Of a stretch of DNA of 64,000 nt, positions 46,938 through 59,124 are shown piece after piece. The notes beneath the pieces are model-generated. The model was given only the letters and a program-made list of their open reading frames with translations. It ran no database searches and was not told the origin of the DNA. The first letter of the stretch is position 1. Every line of letters starts with the position of its first letter. Both the position numbers and the translations under genes were made by a program. Source of the DNA: Octopus vulgaris (lineage: Eukaryota); assembly GCA_951406725.2 (NCBI GenBank), contig OX597816.1, positions 146,444,001 through 146,508,000 of the forward strand. The letters run 5' to 3'.

Positions 46938-47452
46938 CAGGATGTCCCAAAATTAACTGAGGTTTTTCAATTTTTAATAACTTCCTTAACTTCACAAATA
47001 AATGCATGAAAGTTTGCTATCGTATAAAGGACATAATGGAAAATAATATGCACAATCACGTTGTGCAACACCACTACATTACGTATGACAATTGGCATCG
47101 CTTAAATGGCAGCCATTCTCCGCTTCGCACGCCCGTGCTCTTTCACAAACTTGCACCATAACACGCTCAAGAGTTTCAGACCCCACTTACCTGATTTATA
47201 TATTGATGTTCGCACTCAGTTGCACCAGGGTCTCCAGTTGGTTGCCGTAGACCCTCACTTTCAGGTATCCATGACTGAGATCTTTTTGTGCTCGACTATT
47301 CAAAGTAGACCTCACACATGGTTCCAACAAGATGAAGCGATTGCTCATACCGCAAGAGAAACAATGCAGTTGCTACGGTAGTGATTTGAAGCGTGAATAA
47401 TCTCTCGTCACAGCAATCTCAACTGGCTTTCACGTTCCCCAGACTTGACTTC
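46938..47452. mobile_element. Tc1/mariner DD41D (rosa-like) remnant with internal inversion
   Basis: TA|CAGGATGTCCC terminus. Minus strand ~47270->47090: GYLKVRVYGN..ERARACEAENGCHLSD. Plus strand 47271-47452: WFQQD...WLSRSPDLT, with spacing consistent with DD41D. Confidence 0.8.
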
Positions 47453-47705
47453 CAACAGCTATAAGGACACTGTCATGAACAAAACATACGCTTACGAATG
47501 AATATCACACTATAAAAATGGTCACTTGTCGCTTGAAGATCATCCTTGTGCATAGCAGCTGCCAACCTCCCGAACGATTGAAAGTATCACGAAACTTCAT
47601 GAACTGGTCCTGGGAGACAATCGACGAATAATTGACAAACTTGATATGACCAATGTATCCTGGACTTTCTACCAACGAATTTTGTGCGAGGAATTGCGTT
47701 TCATG
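47453..47705 (+). mobile_element. mariner (DD34D-type) N-terminal HTH fragment
   Basis: YKDTVMNKTYAYE*ISHYKNGHLSLEDHP..SRTIESITKLHELVLGDNRR..QRILCEEL resembles mariner HTH regions. Confidence 0.75.
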
Positions 47706-47843
47706 AACTGAAAGAACAGCTGGAAGTTGAATAAAATAATATTGCAAAACTCTGGTTTCTTTTGCGTACCCTCTGGTATACAAACACGCCCCCACAAAAC
47801 ACACACACACACACACACTCACACACACATTCATACATTCATA

Positions 47844-47905
<62 letters not shown>

Positions 47906-47907
<2 letters not shown>

Positions 47908-48060
47908 ACGGGCTTCTTTCAGTTTCTCTCTGCCAAATTCACTCACAGGACTTTGGTCGGTCCGATGCTATAGAAGAAGTCATTTGCCCAAGGTACAATG
48001 CAGTTCGCCAGAACATGGAACCATGTAGTTGGGAAGCAAGCTTCTTACTTCAGAACCACG
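47906..48060 (-). mobile_element. SINE family B copy
   Basis: gacgggcttctttcagtttc..ccaaattcactcac..ctttggtcgg..ttgcccaaggt..ggaaccatgt.gttgggaagcaagcttctta. Confidence 0.85.
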
Positions 48061-49924
48061 CTTTGTATGCATAAGAAGAACGTTACAGTTACAAGATAAT
48101 AGTTACAAAATGATGATGGTGGTACTGTCTCGTAGTTAGAGAAGAAAAGTCCTTCAATTTTTTGCTGAACAACCTTCACCATAGATTTTTTTAGTCATAA
48201 AATGGATGAGCTGTACATTATCATACCACCTCCATCAAATCAATGTTATCTGAATCGGCGCAGCGTTTGTTTCACGTGCGATGTCGAAGATATTGTACAG
48301 CAATCTGAGATGAAGTATTTTGCTCAAGAACACAACGTACAACCCTGTCTGAGAATGAAAAACACATTCTCATGATCGTGAGTGCAACACCCTAAACATT
48401 AGGCTACCTAACCCCTGTAGTGAAATAGTTTGTGTAAGATAACGAAAAAATGGAAATATTTCAAAGTGCATGCTATTTACTATTTACTATTTATGCATGC
48501 TATTTACTATTTGGAGATTTTGTACACGAAAATTTGCATACCATATGTATGTGTGCATGCTTGTTTGTTTCTTTGTGTGTGTGTCTCCATGAGTGCGGGT
48601 ATGCAAGTGTAGCCACGTGTGTATGTGTGCGTGTATACACAGCGTAGGAAATTTAGGAGCAATGTAAAAGCCTTCATTAAAAAAAATTGAGAATGGATGC
48701 GGTAACAGTTAACGTAGAAGGCGAGAATATAACAAATATCGGTTTTACTTGTAGGATGCAATGGAAACTAAACAATTCGGACACACAGGAACAGGATGAT
48801 TGATCAACGTTAATGGAAGAAAGTCACTTCGAAATAAATAAGGGGCATAAAAACACTTTCCTCAAACCTTATTTGGAAGATTAATTTGCAGTAGAAAAAA
48901 TAATGTAATCTGCAAATTCACACGCATAACCTATACACATCTATGTAAAATCCAATGTGGTTGCAAACATCATGCTAACTGGAAGCAATGAATACATCCA
49001 AGAAAGAAGAATGAATACGAAATTTCAAACATAGAAATCATATTCGTTAAAATTGGAAAATTGGACAATTGGTAGATGCTAAATTTAAGAATACATTAGC
49101 TACGTTAGCAATACTTAGAGGTAAAAGGGAAGTGGGTTATATATGTTATCTTTTCAAAGATTGCGTTCCCGAAACTAAGAAATCGCTATGTAGTCGACAA
49201 TAATTCAATAATTCATAATTTGAAGTCAAAGCCGAGTTGGTCTAAGATAAAATAAAATATTTTTGATATGAATATAACATGCATTTCTGGGATGGTGAAT
49301 GAGGCAAGATCTGCTTGAGTAGGAAATAGTTTATTTCAGTCAGTGTAGAAACTTGCATACGATGACCTGTTTTCTAGCAATTAAAAAGACTCGCCTGAAG
49401 GGGATTTCTTACCTGCTTGTGAGGGTTGAATACGTAGCGTTGTAATCAATCTAGAATTATAAGTTTATACATTGATATTTTGATCTAGCAGCGCTATATT
49501 CAATAAAATTATGTTTACAGTTGCTTTAAAAAGTTGAATTTCTTGCAACAATGAAATCAGTTAATATTTTTTCAAACTCCTATGGCACTACACTACTTAG
49601 AAACAATTGCTAGATGCTAAATTTAAGAATACATTAACTACATTAGTTTTGATATATATATATTAAATATTGAATTAAAAGACAATATGTATATTTAATG
49701 AAACTTTAGTATTCTCTAACAGTTTGCCCGAAATTGTTTTCATGTACATTCTGCCATACCTATATACACAGGTGCGCGTACACAACAGCATTATTTATTT
49801 ATTTAGCAAATATTCATATATTTATGTGATTACATGTATATATGTATATTGATGTATATTTGTACAAGTATATATATATATATGTGTGTCTGTGTGTGTG
49901 TGTATTTCTTTCTCTCTCTATATA

Positions 49925-49965
<41 letters not shown>

Positions 49966-50190
49966 GCAATAAACAATGTTTAGTGTGTACATGCAAGCAC
50001 CGGTGTATGTATACATCGCTGTGTTACTAGGAAATGTATCCTTGCGTCAAAACATAGCAGTGAATAAACATCGATAGATTATACGCAAGTAACAATTTGA
50101 TATTAAATACATCAACAAGTATATAATATATGTTATTTCTTTTTTAACTCATGTAACAATTCATTCAATTTTCATCTGTTTTTCCTTTGA

Positions 50191-50229
50191 CTAATCTTCT
50201 ATATATTTTCTGTTTCACCATAGGTAAGT
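50191..50229 (+). promoter_or_regulatory. Candidate recursive splice site (3'SS abutting 5'SS)
   Basis: CTAAT branch motif at 50191-50195, pyrimidine tract, TAG|GTAAGT at 50221-50229, and no AG between 50120 and 50221. Confidence 0.5.
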
Positions 50230-50362
50230 TCGGTTTCCTTTTATGTCCGGTGGTGGTAAGTACTAAACAATTTCATTAAATATAAATCAGCGAATTAAAT
50301 AAAAAAGTGGCGTATTGTGTGATATAATATTTGATATTAGCAAACGTGACTCGCATATAATC

Positions 50363-50410
<48 letters not shown>

Positions 50411-50412
50411 AA

Positions 50413-50596
50413 GTGAGAATTTTCAGAAAAATGAAAGATGAAGACGAATGTGTAAACAACGAACAGATGTATAATTTTAACGCTCGGGAGGTGAGAAAGT
50501 ATTTTACCGTTTCGCGCCTATGCTCTTCGACAGAAGAAACACAGAAATAAACAGGAAGAGAAAATAGAAAAAGACATAGTGTCTAGCGATCAAATG

Positions 50597-50598
<2 letters not shown>
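50413..50598 (-). mobile_element. HHR-bearing short repeat, family H copy 3
   Basis: Minus strand tt|CTGTCGA-A|GAGC-atag-GCGC|GAAAC-G-GT|A|aa at 50535->50502; TA tracts on both sides. Confidence 0.7.
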
Positions 50599-50661
<63 letters not shown>

Positions 50662-50688
50662 GTGTGTGTGTGTGTGTGTATGTATTTA

Positions 50689-51932
50689 CCGGGTGGGGAA
50701 GCAAAATTTATAATATATTGAGGCAGGGATTGAAAGACAGTGTATGACCAATTAGTTTATTGAAAGTCATGATAATTTATTCGCCACAAGAAAATTTATA
50801 TAATAGAAAATGTTTTTATTCTATGTGTCCTCCTTCTTTCTCAACAACTGCCTTCACACGCTTCCTGAAACTTGCACAAGTATTTCTCAAATATTCGGGA
50901 GACAACTTCCCCCATTCTTCTTTAATAGCATCTTTAAGAGAGTCGATATTGCTGTGTCATGTTCTATTGGTGGCATCTTCTAAAACGCCCCAAATAGCAT
51001 AATCTAGAGGGTTTTGATCTGGGCTAGAAGGCGGCCATAAACATGATTCCCAAAAATTGCTGGAGCACCAGCCTATGTCCATACATAATTAGCATATGGG
51101 TAGTTTGCTTTAAGCCATGGCAATACCTGGTATCTCAGAGTCTTGTAGTAAGTATTAATATTGATCTTTTCATTAGCTTTGTAGAATTTTATAGGCATTT
51201 TCTTTCCATCGGAAGCCACAACACCAAATGCCATAACTTGAGCAGGATGTTTTATTTTGAATGTCCCCTTAACCTCAGCTGTTGAGTTTGCAATAAATCT
51301 GTCATTCCTGCGGTTCAGAACAGCATCAACAGTGAAGATCTTTTCATCTGAAAAGATCGTTACAATGGAGGACCTTTTCTTGAACCATGTAATAATTTTC
51401 TTGCACCTTTCCAATCTCTTTTCCTTCATAGCTGTTGTCAACAAGTGTTTTGGTGTTTCTGTGTAAGATTTTAACCTCAAATCATATTTTACTGCATTTC
51501 TAAAGGTCTTGTTGTCTACCTGAAGTTCAATTGCCATTTTCCTCATGGATTTGATTGGATATTTTAGGATTTGGGATTTGAGAGCTGTAATAAAAGCTTT
51601 GGTACGTTTTTTGTTGATTGCTCCCCTTCCAGACTTCCTCGTAATAGTTTTGCTCATAGTCATTTTATTCTTTACATTATAAACAATCGTTATGGGCACT
51701 TCAACTATTCTTGAAATCTCCTTTGGTGTGACGAGTGCATTCAGGAAATCACACACTCTTTGACTATTACTTTCCTGATTACTCATATGGGCAAAATTTT
51801 CTGAAAAGCTAAGGATAATAGTATTAGGTATGATTATGACATCGATATATGCTACGTTTCAAAACAATTGACTTAGTGCCTGCTGAGAAAAAACAACTTA
51901 ACTTTCATTGTGAATTTCGGTTCCCCACCTTG
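50689..51932 (-). mobile_element. Near full-length maT-like (Tc1/mariner) transposon, 1244 bp
   Basis: Imperfect TIRs ccgggtggggaagcaaaatttataat / caaggtggggaaccgaaattcacaat, TA on both sides, internal transposase. Confidence 0.93.
50816..51786 (-). pseudogene. Disrupted DD37D-type transposase
   Basis: 237 aa open N-terminus with HTH region and FSDEKIF. WT*AGAPA has a stop and a D->A change, followed by a deletion, then WPPSSPDQNPLDYAIWG..KEGGHIE*. Confidence 0.9.
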
Positions 51933-51944
51933 TATATGTATATA

Positions 51945-52326
51945 TACGCTCTTCGACAGAAAGAGAAACGACAATAGGAAAAAGGAGAAAGTACAGGAAC
52001 GTTTAGAAAAGTCCAAAAGGTTCAAACATCGTGGTGTATTGGAGCGATTTCTCATCAAAGGATGAGTTCAGTGTAACCCATGGGTAGGAGAAGTGCAGCC
52101 GAAGTATGGGAGTCGGAGTTTACATGAAATTCCACGTAGAGAATCCATGTAGAATAGTCCAAGAAAAGTTTGAAGTGGAGGTGGAGACAGGATAAAACTG
52201 GTGCGAGCACGTGTGCGTGTAAAATATAGTGAGAATTTATAAAATAAGCAAAAACGAACACGGATATGCAAAAAAACGCACACATGTATTAGCTTAACGC
52301 TCGGGAATTGAGAAAGTCTTATACGT
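51945..52326 (-). mobile_element. Family H permuted unit bounded by two half-hammerheads
   Basis: The minus strand starts ACGTA-taagactttctc (3' half and tail) and ends ttt-CTGTCGAAGAGCGTA (5' half). Confidence 0.65.
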
Positions 52327-54959
52327 ATATTTACGCAAAACTGTAAAAACTTATAAAATTGACGGCTATGCAATATTCCTAATATATATAAAATATTCAC
52401 TGTCAAGTGTTAAATATCCTTTGTAGATGTGGAATGCTCGCTCGTACGTTTATAAATAGACACAAACACATACAAACACACACACACACACACTCACATA
52501 CATATATATATAGATAGATAGATATAGATATATCGTTTTTGTTTGCAATCCAGTTGGGATGCGAATATATGTGGGCATGTGTGACTGTATGATGTATTTC
52601 CTTCGAGTATGTCTCTTGCTAATACAAGTTTCGCTAGTATGTACACAGGTTATAGCTGAAAAAATATATAATTTGCATTTAAATGTATAGGTCTGTTGAC
52701 GCAGATGTTGATGTTAGAGCGAAAATGTGATAAATGGGAATACGAATGAAAAAATAAAAAAGAATTAAAATGCAGGTAAGAAATAAGAAAAGGAAACAGA
52801 AGCAACAGGTGTGTAGAAAGTAAGAGAAAAACAAAGAAAAAGAAGAGAAAATGCAGGGTATGTTTTGATGGGGGAATGAAGATGGGTAGACGAGTATCCG
52901 AATGCTCAAAGTATTCAATGGGAAAATCAAATGGAAAAAAATACCAGGTGTGCAGATAACTGGACGTTCGAACCAGGTGCAGGAAGAAATAGATAGATGA
53001 ATAAAAAGAAGTGAAATGCTTAAAATATATGGCAGCCCAAATGAAAAGTAAAGAATTTCGGCAGGAAGGGTACTGATTTTGCGGAATGATCAGAGGTAAA
53101 AATCGGAGGTGGCAACGATGTCATAAAATGTCATAAAATACCAAAGATGTCATAAAATGGCATAAACAAATTAGAAAAATGATTCAAAACAAATTAGAAA
53201 AATGATTCAAAACATATTAATGAAATGAAGAAAACATTGAAAATGTCGGAAATGTATTGAAGAAATGTTGAAAAACTTGACAAATAAAATTAATGAAGTT
53301 GAAAGAGAAAAATACATTAGCAACAGAAGTACTGTTTTACAATGATGACCACAAATGCAACAATTGTAGTTTGAGTCACAGATAAAATTAGATGAAATAA
53401 AAAAAAATATGATAATGACATCAACGTAGCAATGAAGAAAATAATTAGTTATATAAATAAATAAAATTATATCAACAATTATAGAGAAATTTTCGAAAAC
53501 TATTCTGAGAATATTTAGAAAATAAATAGTGGAAAGATTATAAAACGAATAAAGAAACGTAAAAGTAAATATGAAGGAAATATAACAACAGTAGAAAGAA
53601 AGAATAAATGCGAAAAATAGAATTGAAGGACAGAATGACAGAGGAGGTACAAAATAAAAACCAGGATGTACAACTGGAAAGATATTTACCTTAGTAAATG
53701 AGTTGATGACGAAGGGGGTGAGGAGAATAAGCGACTGGAATGATAGTTATGTATCAGTATTTGATATCGGATGATAGTAAGAAAGATAATCATAATAAGT
53801 AGCTATAAATATTACAAATAGACACAGTAAAAAAAAGAATTATAAGAATTAAATACATTCTTTGTGGTGTAAAAATAGGTGGGTTTGTAAGTAATGGATC
53901 CTAAAGCAGGCCATATTTTTGTAGCGGATGTAAGCACTACAATGTACATCGATTTCAGTAGTGGTGGGTGATGAAGAGATCAAATTACTAATAAACATGG
54001 AGGTGACAATAGTACTGTTAGCACTAGTAAACATGATGGCTTAAAGGATATTGTTTTTTTTATAACAAGGCTGAATGCAGTACGGTATTTTAGTGACCTC
54101 TTAGACTATGTGTCCGATCTCATAGTTAATTCGAACCGGTTTGCTTAATTTTGTGTTAGTGGTATGCTTCAATACTTACATGCAGAAAATTAGCGCATGA
54201 AGGCAAGGACAAGATGTTTCCTCTCTTGAGTTCATGATGTTAGTAGCAGACAAAATATTATTTTTTAAAACATTAGATAACATCGTGTCGCCAACTTTAT
54301 TGAAGCTTTTGTTAGAAGTCTCTACTTAATGGTAATGTAGTCTATGCTGTTGTCCTTCGGATGCCAGATATAATGAGACATTATATATGATTGTTAGATA
54401 TAACGGATCTTAAAAGTATTTTCTGTGAATCAGATATAGTTTTGCCTTGACTCCATTGTTCTAGGTGACATCTTTCTAGAATATTTATTATCGAGGAGGC
54501 ATGGTGACATGTTTCTACATTTACAGAATCTTGGGGCTAGATTTAAATTGATAGAATATGTAGTTCCCTTGTTGCAATTCAATATTTGCAGTTCTGTATT
54601 ACCTAGGCAGTTATAACCGATCAGGATTGTATTCTTATTCAGTATTTTGTTATATTTATGTGGACTGAAAGAGAAGAAGGGTGTAGGGAATTTGGTTATG
54701 TTTATTGTTTGATACTATTCAATATGATTTTATTGATAACTATCAGTCCAATTGCCATGAAGTTACCTTTGAAATTCTGAACATATCTCTAAAACAGTAC
54801 CCGTGTTTTATTCATTCGTACGTTTCAGCCCCAATGATGTGGTCATGCTGGAGTGCCATTTAGATTTTTGATTTTCAATTTCTTTTCCTTCAATACATTC
54901 TCATTGTCATGCTTTTCTATTTTTAAATATTTTAAATGTTTCGTAATATTTTTGAATAT

Positions 54960-54990
<31 letters not shown>

Positions 54991-56053
54991 TCCAATGTGT
55001 CCCCATTGGATTTTATCTCTCATTTTACTACAGTTTCTACCAATGCGAAACTATGACACTCACCAATCCTCTAAATCAACTTATCTCTTGTTGAAAATGT
55101 CATTCTTTTCATTTTGACTCTCTTGTCATTTTATATGCTTTTATAATTTTATATATTCATTTATTTTTATTTTCTTATCACAGATTTCAAAGTTCATTCA
55201 GCGATTCATTTGCTATTTATAGTATTGGACTTTTGCCTTTAATTTTTGACCAATCTAGTACCGATCCACACTACGTATTTTCCCCATAAGCACACCATTT
55301 CTTTCATCTTTCTCAATTTGTACTCTCTGTTTTATTTCGGCTTACTTCAATTTTTTAACATTTCTTCTATTTTTATCGTTTCATTCTCTTCCTTTTATCC
55401 TAAATTTTCTCTTCTTTAATTTCTGTTTGTTTCTTCTTTTACACTAATCACTACATTTTCTCTTCAACGTCATACACTATGAAATGTATACAAAATATAG
55501 ATGTGCAAATTCTACAAGATTTCAGTTGTAACTCACTTGAAAAGTTTGTACACACACTGACGAAACTCAGAGAAGAAAGAGACTGACTCGAAAAAAATCA
55601 AATATACTGTTAATGTATACTATATTATTAAGTAGTCATCTTTACTGCAGTCAACAATAAACATATATACAGATATTACATGGGTGTGTAGGGATAACAT
55701 TATCCAGGCGGGTACCGTTGTACCTCTTCCTCATATTCCAAGTTATGGCTAACCGTATGATGTAGTACTAAGCGTCAATAATCAGGAAGTATTAGCAATC
55801 TAGCTACAAATCTTCCGATGGGCAGCTTCGGGTTGTCTTTGTGAATGACATCGGGAGTGCAGATTTAAAACATTTATAAACGATACAGGTACATCTTCAA
55901 TAATTTTACAAGTGGTCATACAGTATAATTATTTGTATATATATATATATATATATATACATACACACACACACATATATATATATATATACACACAAAT
56001 ATTTATGTATATATGTATACATATATATACACATATATATGTATATATATAGT

Positions 56054-56172
56054 TATAGCTGTGTGTTAAGAAGCTTGCTTCCTAACCACATGATTCCGGA
56101 TTCAGGTCCACAGTGTGGCAGCTTAGCTAAATATCGTCTACTATCGCCTCAGGCCGACCAAATCCTTGTGAG
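56054..56172 (+). mobile_element. SINE family B copy (3'-truncated)
   Basis: gctgtgtgttaagaagcttgcttcctaaccacatgattccgg..ccacagtgtggca..ggccgaccaaatccttgtgag. Confidence 0.82.
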
Positions 56173-56329
56173 ACAGCTAGCTGCTGAAGTCTACCGGCGA
56201 GTACTTAAACGTAGTTGGAATTCCTCACGTCATCCGTTTTAAATAATACAATTTTATCATAAAAATGAACAATTTAAGAATATCATTTAGAAATTTTCGC
56301 AATTTTTGTTTTAACTCGAAGGCGTGTGC

Positions 56330-56780
56330 GCGCAATTCAGCTGTTACTTAACGGCGTTCGGTAAATTCCGTAAAAAATTTTTATTTATTTTCTGAGTGGA
56401 AATCTACATTTTGTTTGAAGTCAAGATAAAGTGAAAGAGATTGGAAATGAACATGGACGTGTATATGTGTTGACGGGGGATACGAGACAGAACGTGTGTA
56501 TTGTTTGTGTATGTGAGACAGAAAGAGAGAGAGAGAGGGAGGGAGTGTGACAGCGTGCAATTTTTTATTTATTTTTCTCGCATCTTGTTGTAGTGAATGT
56601 GAGTGATTGACTAAGAGAGAGAGAGAGAGAAAGAAAGAAAGAAAGAGAGAAGTGTGTGCTGTGTGTGTGATTGTATGACAGAGAGAGAGAGAGGGAGGGA
56701 GAGAGAGCGTAATTTTTTTTTGCTTTTTATATATGTATGCAAAATAAATTATCAGAGTACACAAGTTCATACATGACAAC

Positions 56781-56829
<49 letters not shown>

Positions 56830-57025
56830 CGACAGACACACACACACATAGCAACACACACTTTCTGTCTCGCACCTGCCATCAACAGATACACAGGTCC
56901 TTGTCCCTTTCCTCTCTCTTTCACTTCATGCTGACTTGAAACAAAATGTACATTTCCATCTATAAAAATCTATAAATAAAATTTTTAGGGAATTTACCGA
57001 AAACGTAATATAGCCGAAATTTGTT
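56330..57025. mobile_element. Foldback/MITE-like element with long imperfect inverted arms
   Basis: ttcggtaaattcc..tacattttgtttgaagtca mirrored by tgacttgaaacaaaatgta..ggaatttaccgaa; inner cgagacagaa..(GA)n mirrored by (CT)n..ttctgtctcg. Confidence 0.75.
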
Positions 57026-57112
57026 AAATTTATTATTCAATTTTCAATAAAGAAAACTCTTAAACTATCTATTGCCGCATTATCATTTAGTATAATAGCA
57101 TTGCCTGGAAAA

Positions 57113-57371
57113 AAACATAGATTACATGGAAAAATGTGAGCAATAGAAATAATATTCTTAAGATTATAAACCTGGAACAGTACAGGACAAGTTGTTGCCC
57201 GTAGAAAAGTTCAGGACATGTTATTACGTCTGTAAAGTACAGAAGAGCAAAATTTTTATGCTGTTCTAAAATATACCAGATGCAATAACTTGTCCTGAAC
57301 TTTTCCAGGTTTATAATCTTAAGAATATTATTCCTCTTGCTCGCATTATTCCATGTAATATACATATGTTT
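57113..57371. mobile_element. MITE with ~80 bp TIRs
   Basis: attacatggaa..aataatattcttaagattataaacctggaa..caggacaagtt.ttgc (57121-57198) mirrored at ~57282-57359. Confidence 0.85.
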
Positions 57372-57374
57372 ATA

Positions 57375-58653
57375 CGAGGGGCGTTCAATAAGTAATGCCT
57401 CTGACCCACTTGCCATTGTTTGATCTAGCTGAAATTTTACATGTACAATTACCCATATCTCTATAGATTATGTGGAAAATTACAGCTCTGAACTAATTGT
57501 GGTTTCTGATTTACAGGTGTTTGAACTGAGTCAAGTGTGAAACGGAGCTTGTTGAGTCTCGAGCAGTGATGCGGTTTTTGTATTTGAAAGGACGCACACC
57601 ACGGGAGACTTTTGATGAAATAAAAGTAACTTATGGTGATAATGCCCCATCATATGACCTTGTAAAACGCTGGCATCGTGAATTCAAACATGGTCGGAAC
57701 TTTGTGGAAACAGCTCCCAGATCTGGTCCCCACCTTCTGCCATTGATGAGGCATCTGTCCGTCAAGCTGAGGCTGCCATTTTGGAAGATCGACGCATAAC
57801 TATTCGCCAAATAGCCCATGAGGTCAAGATTAGTACCGGGTCTGTGGAAACTATCATTCATGACCATTTGCATATGCAAAAGATGTCTGCCAGATGGATT
57901 TCCAGGCTGCTCACACCTTTCCAGAAGCAAGAACGCGTCGATAGCGCGAGGATGAATTTGAAGATGTGCCAAGAAGATGAGTCAAAATTTTCAAAAGACT
58001 GATTACACAGGATGAAACCTTGGTCCATCACTATGATCCAGAGACCAAAGCCCAGTCAATGCAGTGGAAGCACCGTGACTCACCTCCTCCAAAGTAGGCA
58101 AGGATGCAGCCCTCCGCTGGCAAGGTCATGCTCACAGTCTTCTGGGACCAGGACGGAGTAGTGATGACAGATTTCTTGGCAAATGGTGCCACAATTACAG
58201 GAGTCTATTATGCTTCACTTTTGAGGAAATTAAGAGAAGCTATCAAAATCAAGAGGCAGGGCAAGATCAGCAAAGGCATCCTCCTCCTGCAGGACAACGC
58301 TCCGATCCACAACTCGCGTGTTGCCAGATCAGAAGCACAGGCGTGCGGCTATGAACTCATCCCCCATCTCCTGACCTGCACCCTCTGATTTTCACCTCTT
58401 CCCAGCCATGAAGTTGTTTTTGAAAGAAAATCGTTTCCCAGACGATGCAGCCTTGATTTCTGAAGTCACGTCGTGGTTGGAGGACCAAGCTGGGTCTTCT
58501 ACAAAAACTGTCTTCAGAGCTGCATCAAGCAATGGGAGAAATGCGTACCTCTGGGTGGTTCCTATGTAGAAAAAGACTAATAACTGTGCCAAGTTTCGTT
58601 GCTCTACTGCTATGGGAAGTGGGTCAGGGGCATTACTTATTGAACGCCCCTCG
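57375..58653 (+). mobile_element. Full-length mariner (DD34D, irritans-like), 1279 bp
   Basis: TIRs cgaggggcgttcaataagtaatgcc.ctgacccactt at both ends with a TA target duplication. Confidence 0.96.
57542..58580 (+). pseudogene. Frameshifted mariner transposase
   Basis: ACG (inferred mutated ATG) ELVESRAVMRFL.., ARWISRLL, TQDETWVHHYDPETK, SAGKVMLTVFWD, LQDNAPIH, PSDFHLF, GGSYVEKD*; several frameshifts and a stop. Confidence 0.93.
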
Positions 58654-59092
58654 TATATGTATGTCTTTATAACTACAGCGTTATTTGCATTTCTCTTATT
58701 AAAGGACATTAACTTACTATAGATCAATATGGAACCACAATTATGTATATATTTATCTTCATAAAATAATCATCTGCAACCAATTAGTAAAAAAGCGTCC
58801 TGACTTTCGGTGCAAGGATATATTACGACCCTCAATTGGATGCCGTCATGTATTTACTCGACTACAATTTCAGCTACACTTTAATTGCAAGCTATATTAA
58901 TTAAAATCCAGACAAATGTGTTTACGCTCAGGCACTCTCCACCACACACACATGCACACACGTAAACGCACGTACACACTACACACGTACAAACATGCAC
59001 ACATATATGCTTATATAATTGTATATATATATTTGCTTATATACCTGTTATACATACACACACATACGCACACACGCATATATATGTAGACA

Positions 59093-59124
<32 letters not shown>

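Noticed and set aside
53118-53215. Short tandem duplications (also 15601-15662, 23545-23587, 41597-41633)
   Set aside because: Ordinary two-copy slippage duplications with no spacers; not CRISPR-like.
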